Assembly (NCBI GenBank): GCA_017654855.1
Contig: CM030332.1
Coordinates: forward strand, 124,001-188,000
Length of the DNA: 64,000 nt
Source: Podospora anserina
Lineage: Eukaryota
Direction of reading: 5' to 3'
Below, piece by piece: positions 11,124-22,597 of this stretch. A program made the position numbers and the translations under genes. The notes below the pieces were generated by a model. The model did no database searches and was not told the origin of the DNA. It saw nothing but the letters and a program-made list of their open reading frames with translations. How positions within the stretch are numbered: position 1 is the first letter of the stretch; each line of letters starts with the position of its first letter.

Positions 11124-13766
11124 ATGTCCACTCCTCGACGACCAACTGCGAGGACACGGGACACACCTGTGACCAACCCTCCTGTGCCTCCCCCCCCTGA
11201 GCCTGTCCAGGATGAGCCGTACGTCCCATCAAGGCTTAGGTCGAACAAGGTACTGAGGGGGCTTTTCAACGCCTTCATCCTGGCCCTCTGTGGCTATGGT
11301 GTTCACCAGTTTGCGACCTGGTACTCGGAATACGACTACTGGCTATACTGGTTCATCGTACTGGCAACCTGGCGCTACGCCCGTTTCATTCTCAACTGCA
11401 TTGGTTGGGTTCTGTATAAGCCAGCCCCCGTTCCCAAAAACCCCACGTACACCCCCAACCGACATGTCACGGTCATCCTGCCCACCATCGACCCTACAGG
11501 CGTTGACTTTCAGGAATGCATCAGCACCTGCGCCCAAAACGAGCCTGCTCAGATCATTGTCATCACGGCCGGTGACGAGCTGCTTGTCAAGACAGAGAAG
11601 GCAGTCGAGAAGTACATCAAGCTTTATCCCAAGACCAATTTCATCGTGGACCGTGCCCTGATTGCCAGCAAGAGAGCTCAAGTTGCTGTGGCGGTGCCGC
11701 TGGTCTCAACCGCCATCACCGTCATGCTCGACGACCACGTCTTCTGGAAGAAGGATTTCCTCAAGGCGCTCCTAGCGCCGTTTGAGGATCCAGAGATTGG
11801 CTTGGTGGGAACAAACAAGAAAGTCCGCTGGTTGCCGAACCTGTCGGTTTGGCGGCGTTTCTGGAACATGCTGGGGGCGACCTATCTTTACCGCCACAAC
11901 TTCGAGGTCAGATCGGCCAACTACTGGGACGGGGGCGCCTTTGTCATTTCTGCGCGTACCTGTGCTCTGCGCACCCGTATCGTCCAGGACCCCGAGTACC
12001 TGGCCGGCTACGTCGACGAGCGATTCTTCTTTGGGCTCTGTGGGCCTCTCAACCCGGACGATGACAACTACAACACCAGATTTGCCGTGCGTAAGGGCTG
12101 GCGCATCAAGTTCCAGTACACCGACGACGCCGAAATTGAGACAACTGTTGGCGTGGCCGATCCCGTCCACAAGAAGTTCCTGGGGCAGTGCACGCGCTGG
12201 GCCCGCACCACCTGGAGGTCAAACCCTTGCTCTCTCTTCACTGATGGCAGCGTTTGGGCATTTCAGCCCTACTGCGTCTATGCCGTCTACCTCACCTCCT
12301 TCACAAACTTTGCTTTGTTTACCGATGCCGCCCTCGTTGCCCTCTACAACTGGAGCAAGCAAGCCACCAGTCAAGGCATATGGGCCTTGGGGATTTGGAT
12401 ACTTTTTGTCAAGTTTGTCAAGGTCTTTGAGTACTACAAGCGTCACCCCAATGACTGGTGGACTTTCCCATTCTATGTCGCTTTTGCCTACTACCACAGC
12501 CTCATCAAACTCTGGGCGCTGTTGACGTTTTGGGACCACGCCTGGACAGGGCGCAACCTCGGAGCCATCAAAACCCAGGCCAACCCAGCCGGGACAGAAG
12601 CGGGAGCCACAGCTGGACCGGCGGCAGTGGCCGCGCGACTGCAGCGTAGCATGTCCGTCAGTAGTATGACTAGCAGTCTTGCGCAAGAGAAGGAAGGTCT
12701 GCGCAGCGGCACCGCTTGGATATCAAACCTGGGAAGTACGGCCCGGCTTCACAAGAGCCAAACGATCTTTGGTGGGAGCCAGGTCGGTCTGCTTGACAAT
12801 CTCAAGATTGTAGGCAGTCACATGGAGAAGTCCCGTGATGCCCAAGTCAGGATTCTTGGTCAACAAGATATTGTCTTCAATGAGGTGCAAAGACTGATTG
12901 CGGAGGCCGACTCCATCGAGAAGCAATATGAAACGATGAACGACAACGAGACGAGAAATCAGGAAGCCTTGATCCGTCTTCGCGGCCAGATGCTCCGATT
13001 GGAGCAGAGGCACGGAGAGCTCATCCGTATCGCCGGCCTGACCGCCACGTCGCCCGCACTCACTCCAACAGCTGCCAAGGCCTTCAAGGTGGCAAGTCGG
13101 CACCACACAGGGGGTGGCAGAGCCTCATCACCTACAGAAGATCCTGAAAGCATCGAGAGACCATCCTTTTTTACTGGGGTGAGGGGAGTGCACTTCAGTA
13201 GGTCTACTGTCGGCGGGACCAGTGACGACGGCTTTGGTCCTGGCAGGACAGGTGCTGACGGCTCCAGGAGTAACGAGTCCACCCCACATCCGATCGTTCC
13301 CGACAATTTCAGGGACAGCTTCCCACCGGATACTAAGAAGAGTACTGGGGACACCGACTCACTTATCGCGAATTTGAACATTCCCACTATTGGTACACAA
13401 CACTTTGTGCCTCCCTCTGAGAAAAAGGGAGGACAGCCCGCCGCCGCCAAGGGCTTTTCCCCCCCAACTCATGCCGAAAAGCCGATCGAAGAATTCTCCC
13501 CCGTCCCACAGCCAAGAAACTCACCTTCAGGTTTCACCCCGAAGTCAGACCTCGAAAGCACCACCCCCGGAGAAGATCCCGCCGCCACGGATAGCAAGAA
13601 GAGCTCAGGTTCGGACTCGACCCGCTCGCCGGCACAGACGCCGTCCCGCCCGCCAGGCGGTAGAAGAGTTTCCAAAGAGCAGAACAAAAGTGTCAGTACC
13701 CCCCAAAACAAGAAGAAGCCGCTCCCCCTAACAAGCCCAGAACACCTGAGAGCAACCCGTTGTTGA
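11124..13766 (+). CDS. Processive GT2 glycosyltransferase, Cps1/ZtGT2-like polysaccharide synthase, with a long C-terminal extension
   Basis: VILPTIDP, LDDHVFW, PDDDN and QCTRWARTTWRSN (QxxRW) motifs; N- and C-terminal TM helices; 880-aa ORF. Confidence 0.85.
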   Translation: MSTPRRPTARTRDTPVTNPPVPPPPEPVQDEPYVPSRLRSNKVLRGLFNAFILALCGYGVHQFATWYSEYDYWLYWFIVLATWRYARFILNCIGWVLYKPAPVPKNPTYTPNRHVTVILPTIDPTGVDFQECISTCAQNEPAQIIVITAGDELLVKTEKAVEKYIKLYPKTNFIVDRALIASKRAQVAVAVPLVSTAITVMLDDHVFWKKDFLKALLAPFEDPEIGLVGTNKKVRWLPNLSVWRRFWNMLGATYLYRHNFEVRSANYWDGGAFVISARTCALRTRIVQDPEYLAGYVDERFFFGLCGPLNPDDDNYNTRFAVRKGWRIKFQYTDDAEIETTVGVADPVHKKFLGQCTRWARTTWRSNPCSLFTDGSVWAFQPYCVYAVYLTSFTNFALFTDAALVALYNWSKQATSQGIWALGIWILFVKFVKVFEYYKRHPNDWWTFPFYVAFAYYHSLIKLWALLTFWDHAWTGRNLGAIKTQANPAGTEAGATAGPAAVAARLQRSMSVSSMTSSLAQEKEGLRSGTAWISNLGSTARLHKSQTIFGGSQVGLLDNLKIVGSHMEKSRDAQVRILGQQDIVFNEVQRLIAEADSIEKQYETMNDNETRNQEALIRLRGQMLRLEQRHGELIRIAGLTATSPALTPTAAKAFKVASRHHTGGGRASSPTEDPESIERPSFFTGVRGVHFSRSTVGGTSDDGFGPGRTGADGSRSNESTPHPIVPDNFRDSFPPDTKKSTGDTDSLIANLNIPTIGTQHFVPPSEKKGGQPAAAKGFSPPTHAEKPIEEFSPVPQPRNSPSGFTPKSDLESTTPGEDPAATDSKKSSGSDSTRSPAQTPSRPPGGRRVSKEQNKSVSTPQNKKKPLPLTSPEHLRATRC

Positions 13767-13847
13767 AAGAGGAGCTCGAGCAGCAGAACCATGAGGATTC
13801 TATGAGAAGGTTTTATGAGATGCTTGGCGAGAGCTAGGGGAGATATG

Positions 13848-13930
13848 GTTGGGCTGGGAATCGAAAGGATAGGGAATCGGATGGGTTGGGAATCGGACGG
13901 GGTGGGAATTGGATGGGTTGGGAATCGGAT
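13848..13930 (+). repeat. Degenerate ~16-bp G-rich tandem repeat (TGGGTTGGGAATCGGA-like, ~5 copies)
   Basis: Units tgggctgggaatcgaa / ggatagggaatcgga / tgggttgggaatcgga / cggggtgggaattgga / tgggttgggaatcgga. Confidence 0.75.
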
Positions 13931-15194
13931 GCGTATATGGATATAGGAATGGGACAAGGAAAGGAATGGCAAAATAAAAGAAAATGGAAAAGGAAAGATG
14001 GCAAAGCCTCACGGCGGCAAAGAAGGGAAAGGGGGTCACTTCTTGGGATTCAGGGTTTTACACGGTTAAACTTGGCGTTGGGGGTGGGTTTGGCACGAGC
14101 TCAATATTCTTTGGGCTCTATCAGCATAGTTGCAGCCTTTTCAGTAGCATTTCAATTGAAAGGGCTAGCGCAAGACGTGCTCACTGGATGCATTTACAGC
14201 GATGTCACGAGCAGCCAATAACAAAGACTGAAAAGGAGTTGGTTGCTATGAAATGCCATTCTCCACATTCGCGACGGGATCCACAAAAGGGGTCGATAGG
14301 GGTGTAAACAATACCCTTTCCCTTCGAGTAGCGGACACGTCCACAAAACAAAACATTTCATAAAAAATTATCATTGAGAAAGATGTTGACCTTAACAAGG
14401 CGTGAAAAAGCCAGGCAACAGGCAGACCAACAAAATCACCCTCCAAGCGGCAACACCCAAGTCTTATTTACCTCGTGCTTTTGTATGGCCCCCAAAGTCA
14501 GACAAGCCTGATCTGCGAAATTTGTCCTTTTGGCTGTCTGCATGCACGACAGAGAAAGATCCATTATAGGAAGGAGGACACACTTATGCTGGGTTTGAAA
14601 GGGGCGTATACGGGTTGGTCATCTGGGCTTGGGGGCGGCAATGTACATTTACAGGGCTGGAAACAGAACCAAAGAAGCTCCTTAGGTACTCTGGGCGTCC
14701 TAGATTGTAGGTGGTTTGCTCGGATGGTTTGGGGCCAATTGCATCGACGCTCAGCCCTCAGACAGGCAACAGGAGCTGAAAACGAACCAATCAGTCGCTT
14801 GCGTCGGTGAGCCATCACTACCCTACACGCCGTAACCAATGTAGTATAGGTACCACAGGCACTGCCGATAATGCGCCAACACGGCGCCTCCCGGATCACC
14901 ACAACGCCGATCACCAGGCTGGCAGGCTTCAAAAAACACACGCCGCAGTAATTCTGTTGCACTGTGCCGCGAATATCCAAGTAATCCACCACCCTACCGT
15001 ACCTACCGTATCTCAGCAATGCGGGATGATGTTGGGAGAGGTTGGCATTGAACAGTGCCATGGGCGCTGCGAAAGAGCGGGCCGAATTGCTTGATCACCT
15101 CTATTAAAACACCCATGGCCGGAACTGGATGCCATATCCTTCCTGACTTCTGTGATGGTCTTGTTGACGTTTGGATCCTCCTCACGCTCTCACA

Positions 15195-16562
15195 ATGGAG
15201 CCCTCCGCCATCCATGGCCGGGATGTGGTGGGAAATATGGTGGCCCCTTCCATCCCCTACAGCACCCTGATGGTAAGTGTTACCCAAAATAAGCTCCCCA
15301 ACGCCATGAACGACTCCTCAACCGCCTCTAGGGATTCATCTGGTCCGGCACATGCCTGTCGCTCGTCACCATCCTTCTTCGTCTTGCTTTCCGCATCAAA
15401 CTCCTCCGTCGCCTCCGACTGGACGACTACCTCGTCATCGCCTCCTTCGTTTTCTACCTAGGCTCGACAATTCTCTGGGCCGTCCTAGCACGCACTCTCT
15501 ATGTCGTCGCCCAGGGTTGGAACACGACCCCTACCGACCCAGCCGCCATCGTCGAGCTCTTCAACAACGCCGGTACCCTTCTCCATGCCATCCTCGCAAC
15601 CTACTGGCTCACCTGGACCTCGCTATGGCTGGTCAAGATTGCCTTTATGGTATTCTTCTACCCTCTGGGCAGACACGCCCCTCTCCAGCGCTACCTCTGG
15701 TGGACGGTACTTGTCTGCATCGTGGCGGCCTACTGCGTGACGGTCGGGCTGACGACAGATGACTGTCTAACAGCCAGTGGTCTCGACATTGCACAAAAGT
15801 GCATCGGCGAAGCAAAGTTTAACCGGCAGTACTTTACCTCTCGCGTCCACTTGGCAACGGATATCTCGACAGACCTCCTCAGTCAGTTCCATGTCCCGCC
15901 GTTTTGCCAGACAGTCAACTGACATGTCCGATATCTAGTCGTCATCGTATCGGGCAATATCGTCTGGCGGGTCTCTATTCCATGGAAAAAGAAGCTGTTG
16001 CTGATGGGCATCTGCTGCTTGACCATCGCCATGGTTGTCGTGGCCATCGTCCGCGCCGAGGCAGGCTATTCTGGAACCTCTCCCGACGTATCATGGATGA
16101 TTCTGTGCAACTCCCTCGAGATGACATTGGGTACGTTATGCTGAACTCCTCCGGTCCCTGAAGAGTAAATCATGCTGATGAAGAGCAGCCATCTTGGTCG
16201 CCTGCGCCGCGTCTTTCCGCAGTCTTTACTCCCACACCAAGCACACCAAGCAGCAAGACACCCTGAAGCTTCGACATCGAGACAACTGGTCCCGAGATAG
16301 AGGCCTCAAGTCGAACGCCAACGCGACCGATATCATGGTCACAACAGAAGTCAGGCTTTGGGAGCACCAAACCCTCGACGATTTGACCCACAGCGAGGAA
16401 GCATTGTGGCCCCGGCCGCAACACCATGGACCGGAACATGTCCACATGGATGGTACAGCGCATCCAAACCCCCCACAAGAGTTCAGTGGACCGACAATCA
16501 CTTATCCCGCTCTTGCTGCACAACCTGGGTATAGTGTAGCTGCGTATAGTGTTCAGAAGTGA
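15195..16562 (+). CDS. Pth11-like (fungal rhodopsin-domain) 7-TM membrane protein, 3 introns
   Basis: Spliced frame reads GFIWSG..LRLAFRIKLLRRLRLDDYLVI, WTSLWLVKIAFMVFF, DISTDLL, KKKL, EM..AILVAC; CACAATGG start context. Confidence 0.8.
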
Positions 16563-17800
16563 TGATATTAGACGGCGTGAATGTTATGTATGACAGATCT
16601 CACCGGACATGGCAGTGAAGGAAGAGAAGTCGGGCCTAAGCCATGAATGGAAAGACTCCTCGCAGACCTTCTCTGCAATTTGTGTTTCGGGATATTGACA
16701 CGTTCACGTAAAGATTGCCCACTCCTCATCGACATCCCGCGAAAGAAGGCCACTGGCGGATGACCCAAATGCCAAGTCAGGCTTTCGGAGGAGTTGATAT
16801 CACACGCGGACGGCCACGGTGAAATTCTGTGCTCCATCTCTCGTTTCTCGATGGTGTGGTGGCGTCTTCTTAATGCGTGAATCGGTGACTCGGCCACTGC
16901 AAGAACCTGGTCCATGAAGCCAGGAATAACGACAGACGCTGGTGAACTCCGGTGCCGGCCGACGCCAGCTGCGTGTTCGGACCCGGAGAGCCGGGATGGC
17001 CCGTGCCCAAGACCCCACGAACCTCCAAAACCACAAATTTTTTTTCGCGTCTCCAGAATCTCTACATCAAACAAACCACCGAGTTATTTGCTGTCGTATG
17101 AACGCACGCAATGCTGCTCGTGTCACACTCCGCGCTGCTGTCTTGCCGATTAAAACAATGAGCAGAGACAATATTTTGCAGCAATGGAAGTATCTCACAG
17201 GTAGGATATTTTTTCTCACATTCTTTTGCCCACGCAGCAACCGTTCCCAGCCGCTCAAGATCTCTCCGGATTTCTTACCAGTGAGATCTCCCTCTTGGGG
17301 AGGCCTTCGCTTCTCAGTACGTCTTGTACTCGGGTCTTTGAAGGGGCTGTGCCATGTTGGACGGGTCACTGGCGGCAGGCTCTCGGGTCTGTCGCGGGTG
17401 ATGATCTCTGCTGCAAGAATAGAACCCTCATGGGCCATCATAGTCCGCGTCTCTGCCGTTTATCGGACTTTTACAGAGAGGAGGCTCCAAGCGACCCGAC
17501 ATTTTTGACTTGATCATATCTCATCTGAATGGCTGAGTGTGAGTCTCTTCCAGCGCTTTTCGACTCTGTAGGCGTGGTCCATCGGTGTTGTGATTTGTGC
17601 CGTTGCGGGGTGCTTTGCTGGTGGAACGAGATTAGCCAGCACCATTTGGCCAACTACGTCATCGTCAACTGGCGATGCCATGCACTGAGCAACCACTCTC
17701 TTCTCACCACTGAGTACTCGTAAAAAAGACAACTGTGGCTACTAGGCTGTCTGTTGCTCCGTATCTCGCAAATTGTTCATCCCATCAGCATCCACCCACA

Positions 17801-19777
17801 ATGGGATCCCAAGGCAAGCCGTCGTCCAAATTTGAGAGTCTTCCCTTGTCAACAAGCGGGCCGCTAGAATGCGCGCTCAAGGGCACCGTCCTACTCACCC
17901 ATCCATACTTCAACAAGGGCTCAGCCTTCACCCACGAAGAGCGTCGAGACTTTGAACTTGCTGGGCTCCTGCCCCCAAGCATCCAAACGCTGGAGCAGCA
18001 GGTCCAGCGGGCGTATGAACAGTACAGCGCGCATCCTGATGATCTTTCCAAGAACACATTTTTGACCTCGATGAAGGAACAAAATGAGGTGCTCTACTTT
18101 AGGGTGAGATATACCAGCAGTCGCAAAAGACATGCAGATAACTGAGACATGCATGCAGCTGCTCCACGATCACCTGCCCGAGATGTTCAGCGTAGTATAC
18201 ACGCCCACAGAAGGTGACGCCATCCAGAACTACTCGCGTATTTTTCGGCGTCCAGACGGAGTGTTTCTCAACATCAACGATGCCGACCGTGTTCACCATG
18301 ATATTTCGCTTTGGGGCACCCCAGATGACATTGACTACATTGTCGTCACGGACGGGGAGGAGATTCTGGGAATTGGGGATCAGGGTTGCGGTGGCATTCT
18401 GATCTCAATCGCAAAGCTTGCACTCACGACACTCTGTGCTGGTGTCCATCCTAACCGTGTCCTACCCGTGGTCCTGGATTGCGGGACGAACAACCAGGAT
18501 CTGCTGGATGATCCATTGTATCTTGGACTCCGGCACAAGCGAGTGACGGGCAAGCGTTATGACGACTTTGTTGATACATTTGTCAAGTCGGCGCGGGAGC
18601 TGTATCCGAAGGCTTACATCCATTTTGAAGATTTTGGGTTTGACAATGGTGAGTTTGCCTTGTCATATTGATGGCATTGGTCTGACGGGCGACAGCACGG
18701 AGACTACTCGAAAAGTACCGCCCGGAGATTCCTTGCTTCAACGATGACGTCCAAGGTACCGGCTGTGTAACACTTGCCGCCATCTTTTCCGGTCTGCATG
18801 TCACAAAGCAGAACCTAGAAGATCTTCGCATGGTGGTATTCGGCGCTGGAACGGCGGGCGTTGGCATCGCTGATCAGGTCCGTGACGCCATCGCTACAGA
18901 ACGAGGCATCAGTAAGGAAGACGCGGCAAAGCAGATCTGGTTCGTTGACCCTGAATACCCGTTTTATGCTTGCGATGGAGGAGGTGCTGACACTACCAGG
19001 CTGATTGACAAACAAGGGCTACTGACTACCGGAGTGGAATCACTGTCAAAGACTCAGAAGCCCTTTGCAAGGTCTGAAGATGAGTGGAGTGGAAAGGACA
19101 GAGATCTGTTGGCCGTGGTCAGAGAAGTCAAGCCAAACGCGCTGATCGGAACATCCACAGTCCCCAAAGCGTTTACGGAGGAGATCGTGCGCGAGATGGC
19201 CTCACATGTCGAGCGCCCCATCATCCTTCCGTTGTCGAATCCGACGCGCCTACACGAAGCTATCCCTGCTAATTTGCTAAAATGGACAGACGGAAAAGCT
19301 CTGGTAGCAACTGGAAGCCCGTTCAAACCTATTAAAGGACCATGGGGTCAAGACGGACAAGAGGTCGAGATCGAGGTTGCCGAGTGCAACAACAGTGTCG
19401 TGTTTCCAGGCATTGGTCTCGGGTCTGTCCTGTGTCGCGCTCGGCTTGTTACAGACAAAATGCTGGTTGCAGCGGTGGGAGGGGTGGCAGAGCTGAGCCC
19501 GGCTCTGAAGGACGATACTGCGCCATTGTTGCCCGGTGTTGAGGTCGTGCGGGATGTCAGTGCAAGAGTGGCCCGCAAGGTGATTCAGGCAGCTCTGGAG
19601 GAGGGTGTTGCAACAGAACAGGGTATTCCAGAGAATGAGGACGATCTTGACAAGTGGATCAATGAGCAAATGTGGAAGCCCGTGTATCGACCGCTCAAAT
19701 TTGTGGAAAAGGAGGGAGCTACAAGAGAGGCAAAGGGTGAGATGAGGGTTGTTGGAAGTCTGGCAACACGCGACTGA
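17801..19777 (+). CDS. Malic enzyme (NAD(P)-dependent malate dehydrogenase, decarboxylating), 3 introns
   Basis: NKGSAF, VVTDGEEILGIGDQG, HFEDF, FNDDVQGTG, FGAGTAGVGIA, PLSNPT and ECNN..VFPGIG. Confidence 0.95.
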
Positions 19778-20033
19778 TGGCTGCATTGAGCGGTCGCTTG
19801 TCTCCGGAAATGTGGGACTACTGTAAGAGTCACGATTAAGCCCCTAGAAGAGAGAATCACCTAGATATAAAGAAGCTTGATCATAGGCAGCTTGCCCTTC
19901 ACTTGGTGAATAAGAGCCAATTCACTGGCATCTCGACTGCGTGGAATCAATGTTGAGCGTGATTGCTGCAAAGGCAGCTGCGGGGCATTGCAGATGGCCC
20001 CACTTTACCTGCCAAGCAGAGCAGACGAGTGCC

Positions 20034-20102
20034 AGGGTTAGGGGTCCTATCGGTTTATCCACCCAAAAAAACACGTGACGGGCTCACAAATCGGTAGGGT
20101 TT
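20034..20102 (+). promoter_or_regulatory. Putative rpl23 promoter elements (AGGGTTAGGG, CACGTGAC E-box, GGTAGGGTT)
   Basis: Motifs 115-185 bp upstream of the ATG; they resemble Homol-E/telobox-like and Cbf1-type sites. No functional evidence. Confidence 0.3.
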
Positions 20103-20216
20103 TCGGTCCACACCAAAAATTATCGCGAAAGGCCTGTCTAATTCCAGTCCCGCCTTGTGTCCTCGAAATCTCGACTCCCCAACGACAAGTCGCATTTCCG
20201 CAACCAGACCTTCGCA

Positions 20217-21081
20217 ATGGCCAAACTATCGTGAGTACTGTCCTCGCCATCGCCATTTGTGTAATTTTCGCCCACGAGTCACTCGAATCGCATGCCTCGC
20301 CGCCAAAGTTGGATCTGGAACTCGCTGGGAAGAGGGGAAGTTTGTGGGGGGAAGCTGGCAAGCAGCTTGCGAAAAAGAGCTGGGGAATGATGTGCAGGAC
20401 AACAACTTTGGCGATCGGCGGCTGCGATTCGAGATGATGGCTTCAAGCAAGAGCAAAATCACTTCGTTCAAAGATCTTGGCTGACAGAGTGCAACCAGCC
20501 GCGGTGCCCCTGGTGGCAAGCTTAAGATGACCCTCGGTCTTCCCGTGTATGTTCGATCTCCTGAACCGACGACTTCGACCGACGTTTCTCCAACGCGATC
20601 GCGAATGCCGAACGGAACGAAAGAAGGAATATGGGCGCTGACAGGGAAATAGTGGTGCCATCATGAACTGCGCCGACAACTCTGGTGCTCGCAACCTTTA
20701 CATCATCTCCGTCAAGGGTATCGGTGCCCGTCTCAACAGACTGCCCGCTGGTGGTGTTGGTGACATGGTCATGGCCACCGTCAAGAAGGGAAAGCCCGAG
20801 CTCCGCAAGAAAGTTCACCCCGCCGTCATCGTCCGCCAGGCCAAGCCCTGGAAGCGCTTCGATGGTGTCTTCCTCTATTTCGAGGACAACGCTGGTGTCG
20901 TACGTATCCCCGATCCATGACACAGGGCTGAGTGGAGGACTTGAAAGGAGAGAGGCTAACAGTGCCACAGATCGTCAACCCCAAGGGTGAGATGAAGGGC
21001 TCTGCCATCACCGGCCCCGTCGGTAAGGAGGCTGCCGAGCTCTGGCCCCGTATTGCCAGCAACTCCGGTGTTGTCATGTAA
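20217..21081 (+). CDS. rpl23: 60S ribosomal protein L23 (uL14), 4 exons
   Basis: Spliced product [36 protein letters not shown]...[32 protein letters not shown]. Confidence 0.97.
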
Positions 21082-21493
21082 AGGGTTTATTTGGGCGAAG
21101 TTGATTTTGGGCATTGCGGAATTTCGACGAACACAAGATTCTGGAACCTGGGAACTTGCGGATCCCCCTTCCCCCCGAAGACGGCGGAGGACAGGAATCC
21201 GTGACACAAAAGGCCATAAAAGGCTTGGGCTGGATCGGGAAGGCTTTGCATTTCTGGTGAGGCGTGCTAGGGAGTCATACCACAACTGCATGATACAGGT
21301 CAATTCAGAATCAGTTCTCGATTCCATTTGCGGGACGGCGCATCTTTTCGGGGATACTCGGGTTCTTTATACATTTTTTTTTCTACTGATATGCTGCAGT
21401 TGATGCTGTGTTACATGCTTTTTCATCGTTTCATTGTGCTTGTCATTTCAACACCGACCCATCTCGATATATTTACATTCGTCCGTCCATCGA

Positions 21494-22597
21494 TCACGTC
21501 CTCAACCACTGGAGCAAGGCGGCATGGAACCGATCAGGTGCCTGGATCTGTGGCGCGTGTCCCAGGTCTTCAAATTCGACCAGCGTGCAATTGGGCATCC
21601 TGTTGGCTGTTTCCTTTCCAATAAGCTCATACCTTCCCAGCTTCTCCTTCACATCCGGAGGCGACCACTGTTTCCCGATGGCCGTTGTGTCCTTGGTCCC
21701 AACCATCAACAGTGTCTTTGATCGGACACGAGGGAACTCGTAAAAGACCGGCTGGGTCAGCACCATGTCCACCACCCTCGCCTGACCCTCGACAAAGTTT
21801 TGGGCTTCGGTGCCAGCGTAGATCTGAGCCAACATCATCGCCCACACATTGTACTCGGGCGCCCAAGCCCCGAGGTAGTAGTTGCTCTGCTCGTACCCCT
21901 TTATTGACATGTAGTTTGACGTCTGTTCCGTCTTGAGAGTAACAGAAAGATCAGGGTATGGTACCCCGAGTTCGAGGTACGGCTCTAGCCCGATGGGATT
22001 GACGAGAACAAGGCTGGAGACCAGGTCTGGGTAGAGAAGGGAGAAGCGGGTGGCTAGCATGCCGCCCAGGGAGTGGCCTATCACTGTTATGCCATTGTTG
22101 CTGGGGTCTGTCAGGTCCAGGACTGACAAGAGGGAGTAGGTGTTGAGGGCTAGTTGGTGGAGGGAGTACTGGTAGAGGGTGCCGGGCTTGGAGGACTTGC
22201 AGAAGCCGATTTGGTCGGGGATGATGATGCGGTACCCGGCCTTTTGGAGGGTCGCGGCGGTGGTGGACCAGGTGATGGAGCAAAAGTTTTTGCCGTGGAG
22301 CAAGAGGGCGATTTTGGGCTTGGGGTTGGGCTTTTTGCGGGTGTAACGGACGCGTTGTGGCTTCGTGGTTGTGGTAGGGGCGACGATGGGGGGAAGGTCG
22401 ATGAAGGCCATCTCTAGGGGCAGACCCTGAGAGCCGAAATGGAAGAGTTGGAAGGGGTGGGGGTACGTGAAGTTGGAACCATTGAGGTCGGTTGGGAAGG
22501 GGCCATTGTCGATGGTCGTGTTTTTGGTCGCCGTCTTGCTTTGGCTCGCGATGGCTGTTACGGCTGATGCTGCCCAGATGAGGGCGAGGAACAACAT
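21494..22597 (-). CDS. Secreted alpha/beta-fold hydrolase, intronless
   Basis: Signal peptide MLFLALIW; LLHGKNF, PDQIGFCKSSKP, GHSLGG nucleophile elbow, LGHAPQ catalytic His. Confidence 0.9.
   Translation of the reverse strand: MLFLALIWAASAVTAIASQSKTATKNTTIDNGPFPTDLNGSNFTYPHPFQLFHFGSQGLPLEMAFIDLPPIVAPTTTTKPQRVRYTRKKPNPKPKIALLLHGKNFCSITWSTTAATLQKAGYRIIIPDQIGFCKSSKPGTLYQYSLHQLALNTYSLLSVLDLTDPSNNGITVIGHSLGGMLATRFSLLYPDLVSSLVLVNPIGLEPYLELGVPYPDLSVTLKTEQTSNYMSIKGYEQSNYYLGAWAPEYNVWAMMLAQIYAGTEAQNFVEGQARVVDMVLTQPVFYEFPRVRSKTLLMVGTKDTTAIGKQWSPPDVKEKLGRYELIGKETANRMPNCTLVEFEDLGHAPQIQAPDRFHAALLQWLRT

Noticed and set aside
20034..20044. Telomere-like AGGGTTAGGG
   Set aside because: Fewer than two full units; not an interstitial telomere array
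20231..20498. Possible C/D snoRNA in the long first intron of rpl23
   Set aside because: Only imperfect box C (ATGATGT/ATGATGG); the CTGA coincides with the branch site; no terminal stem or rRNA guide recognised
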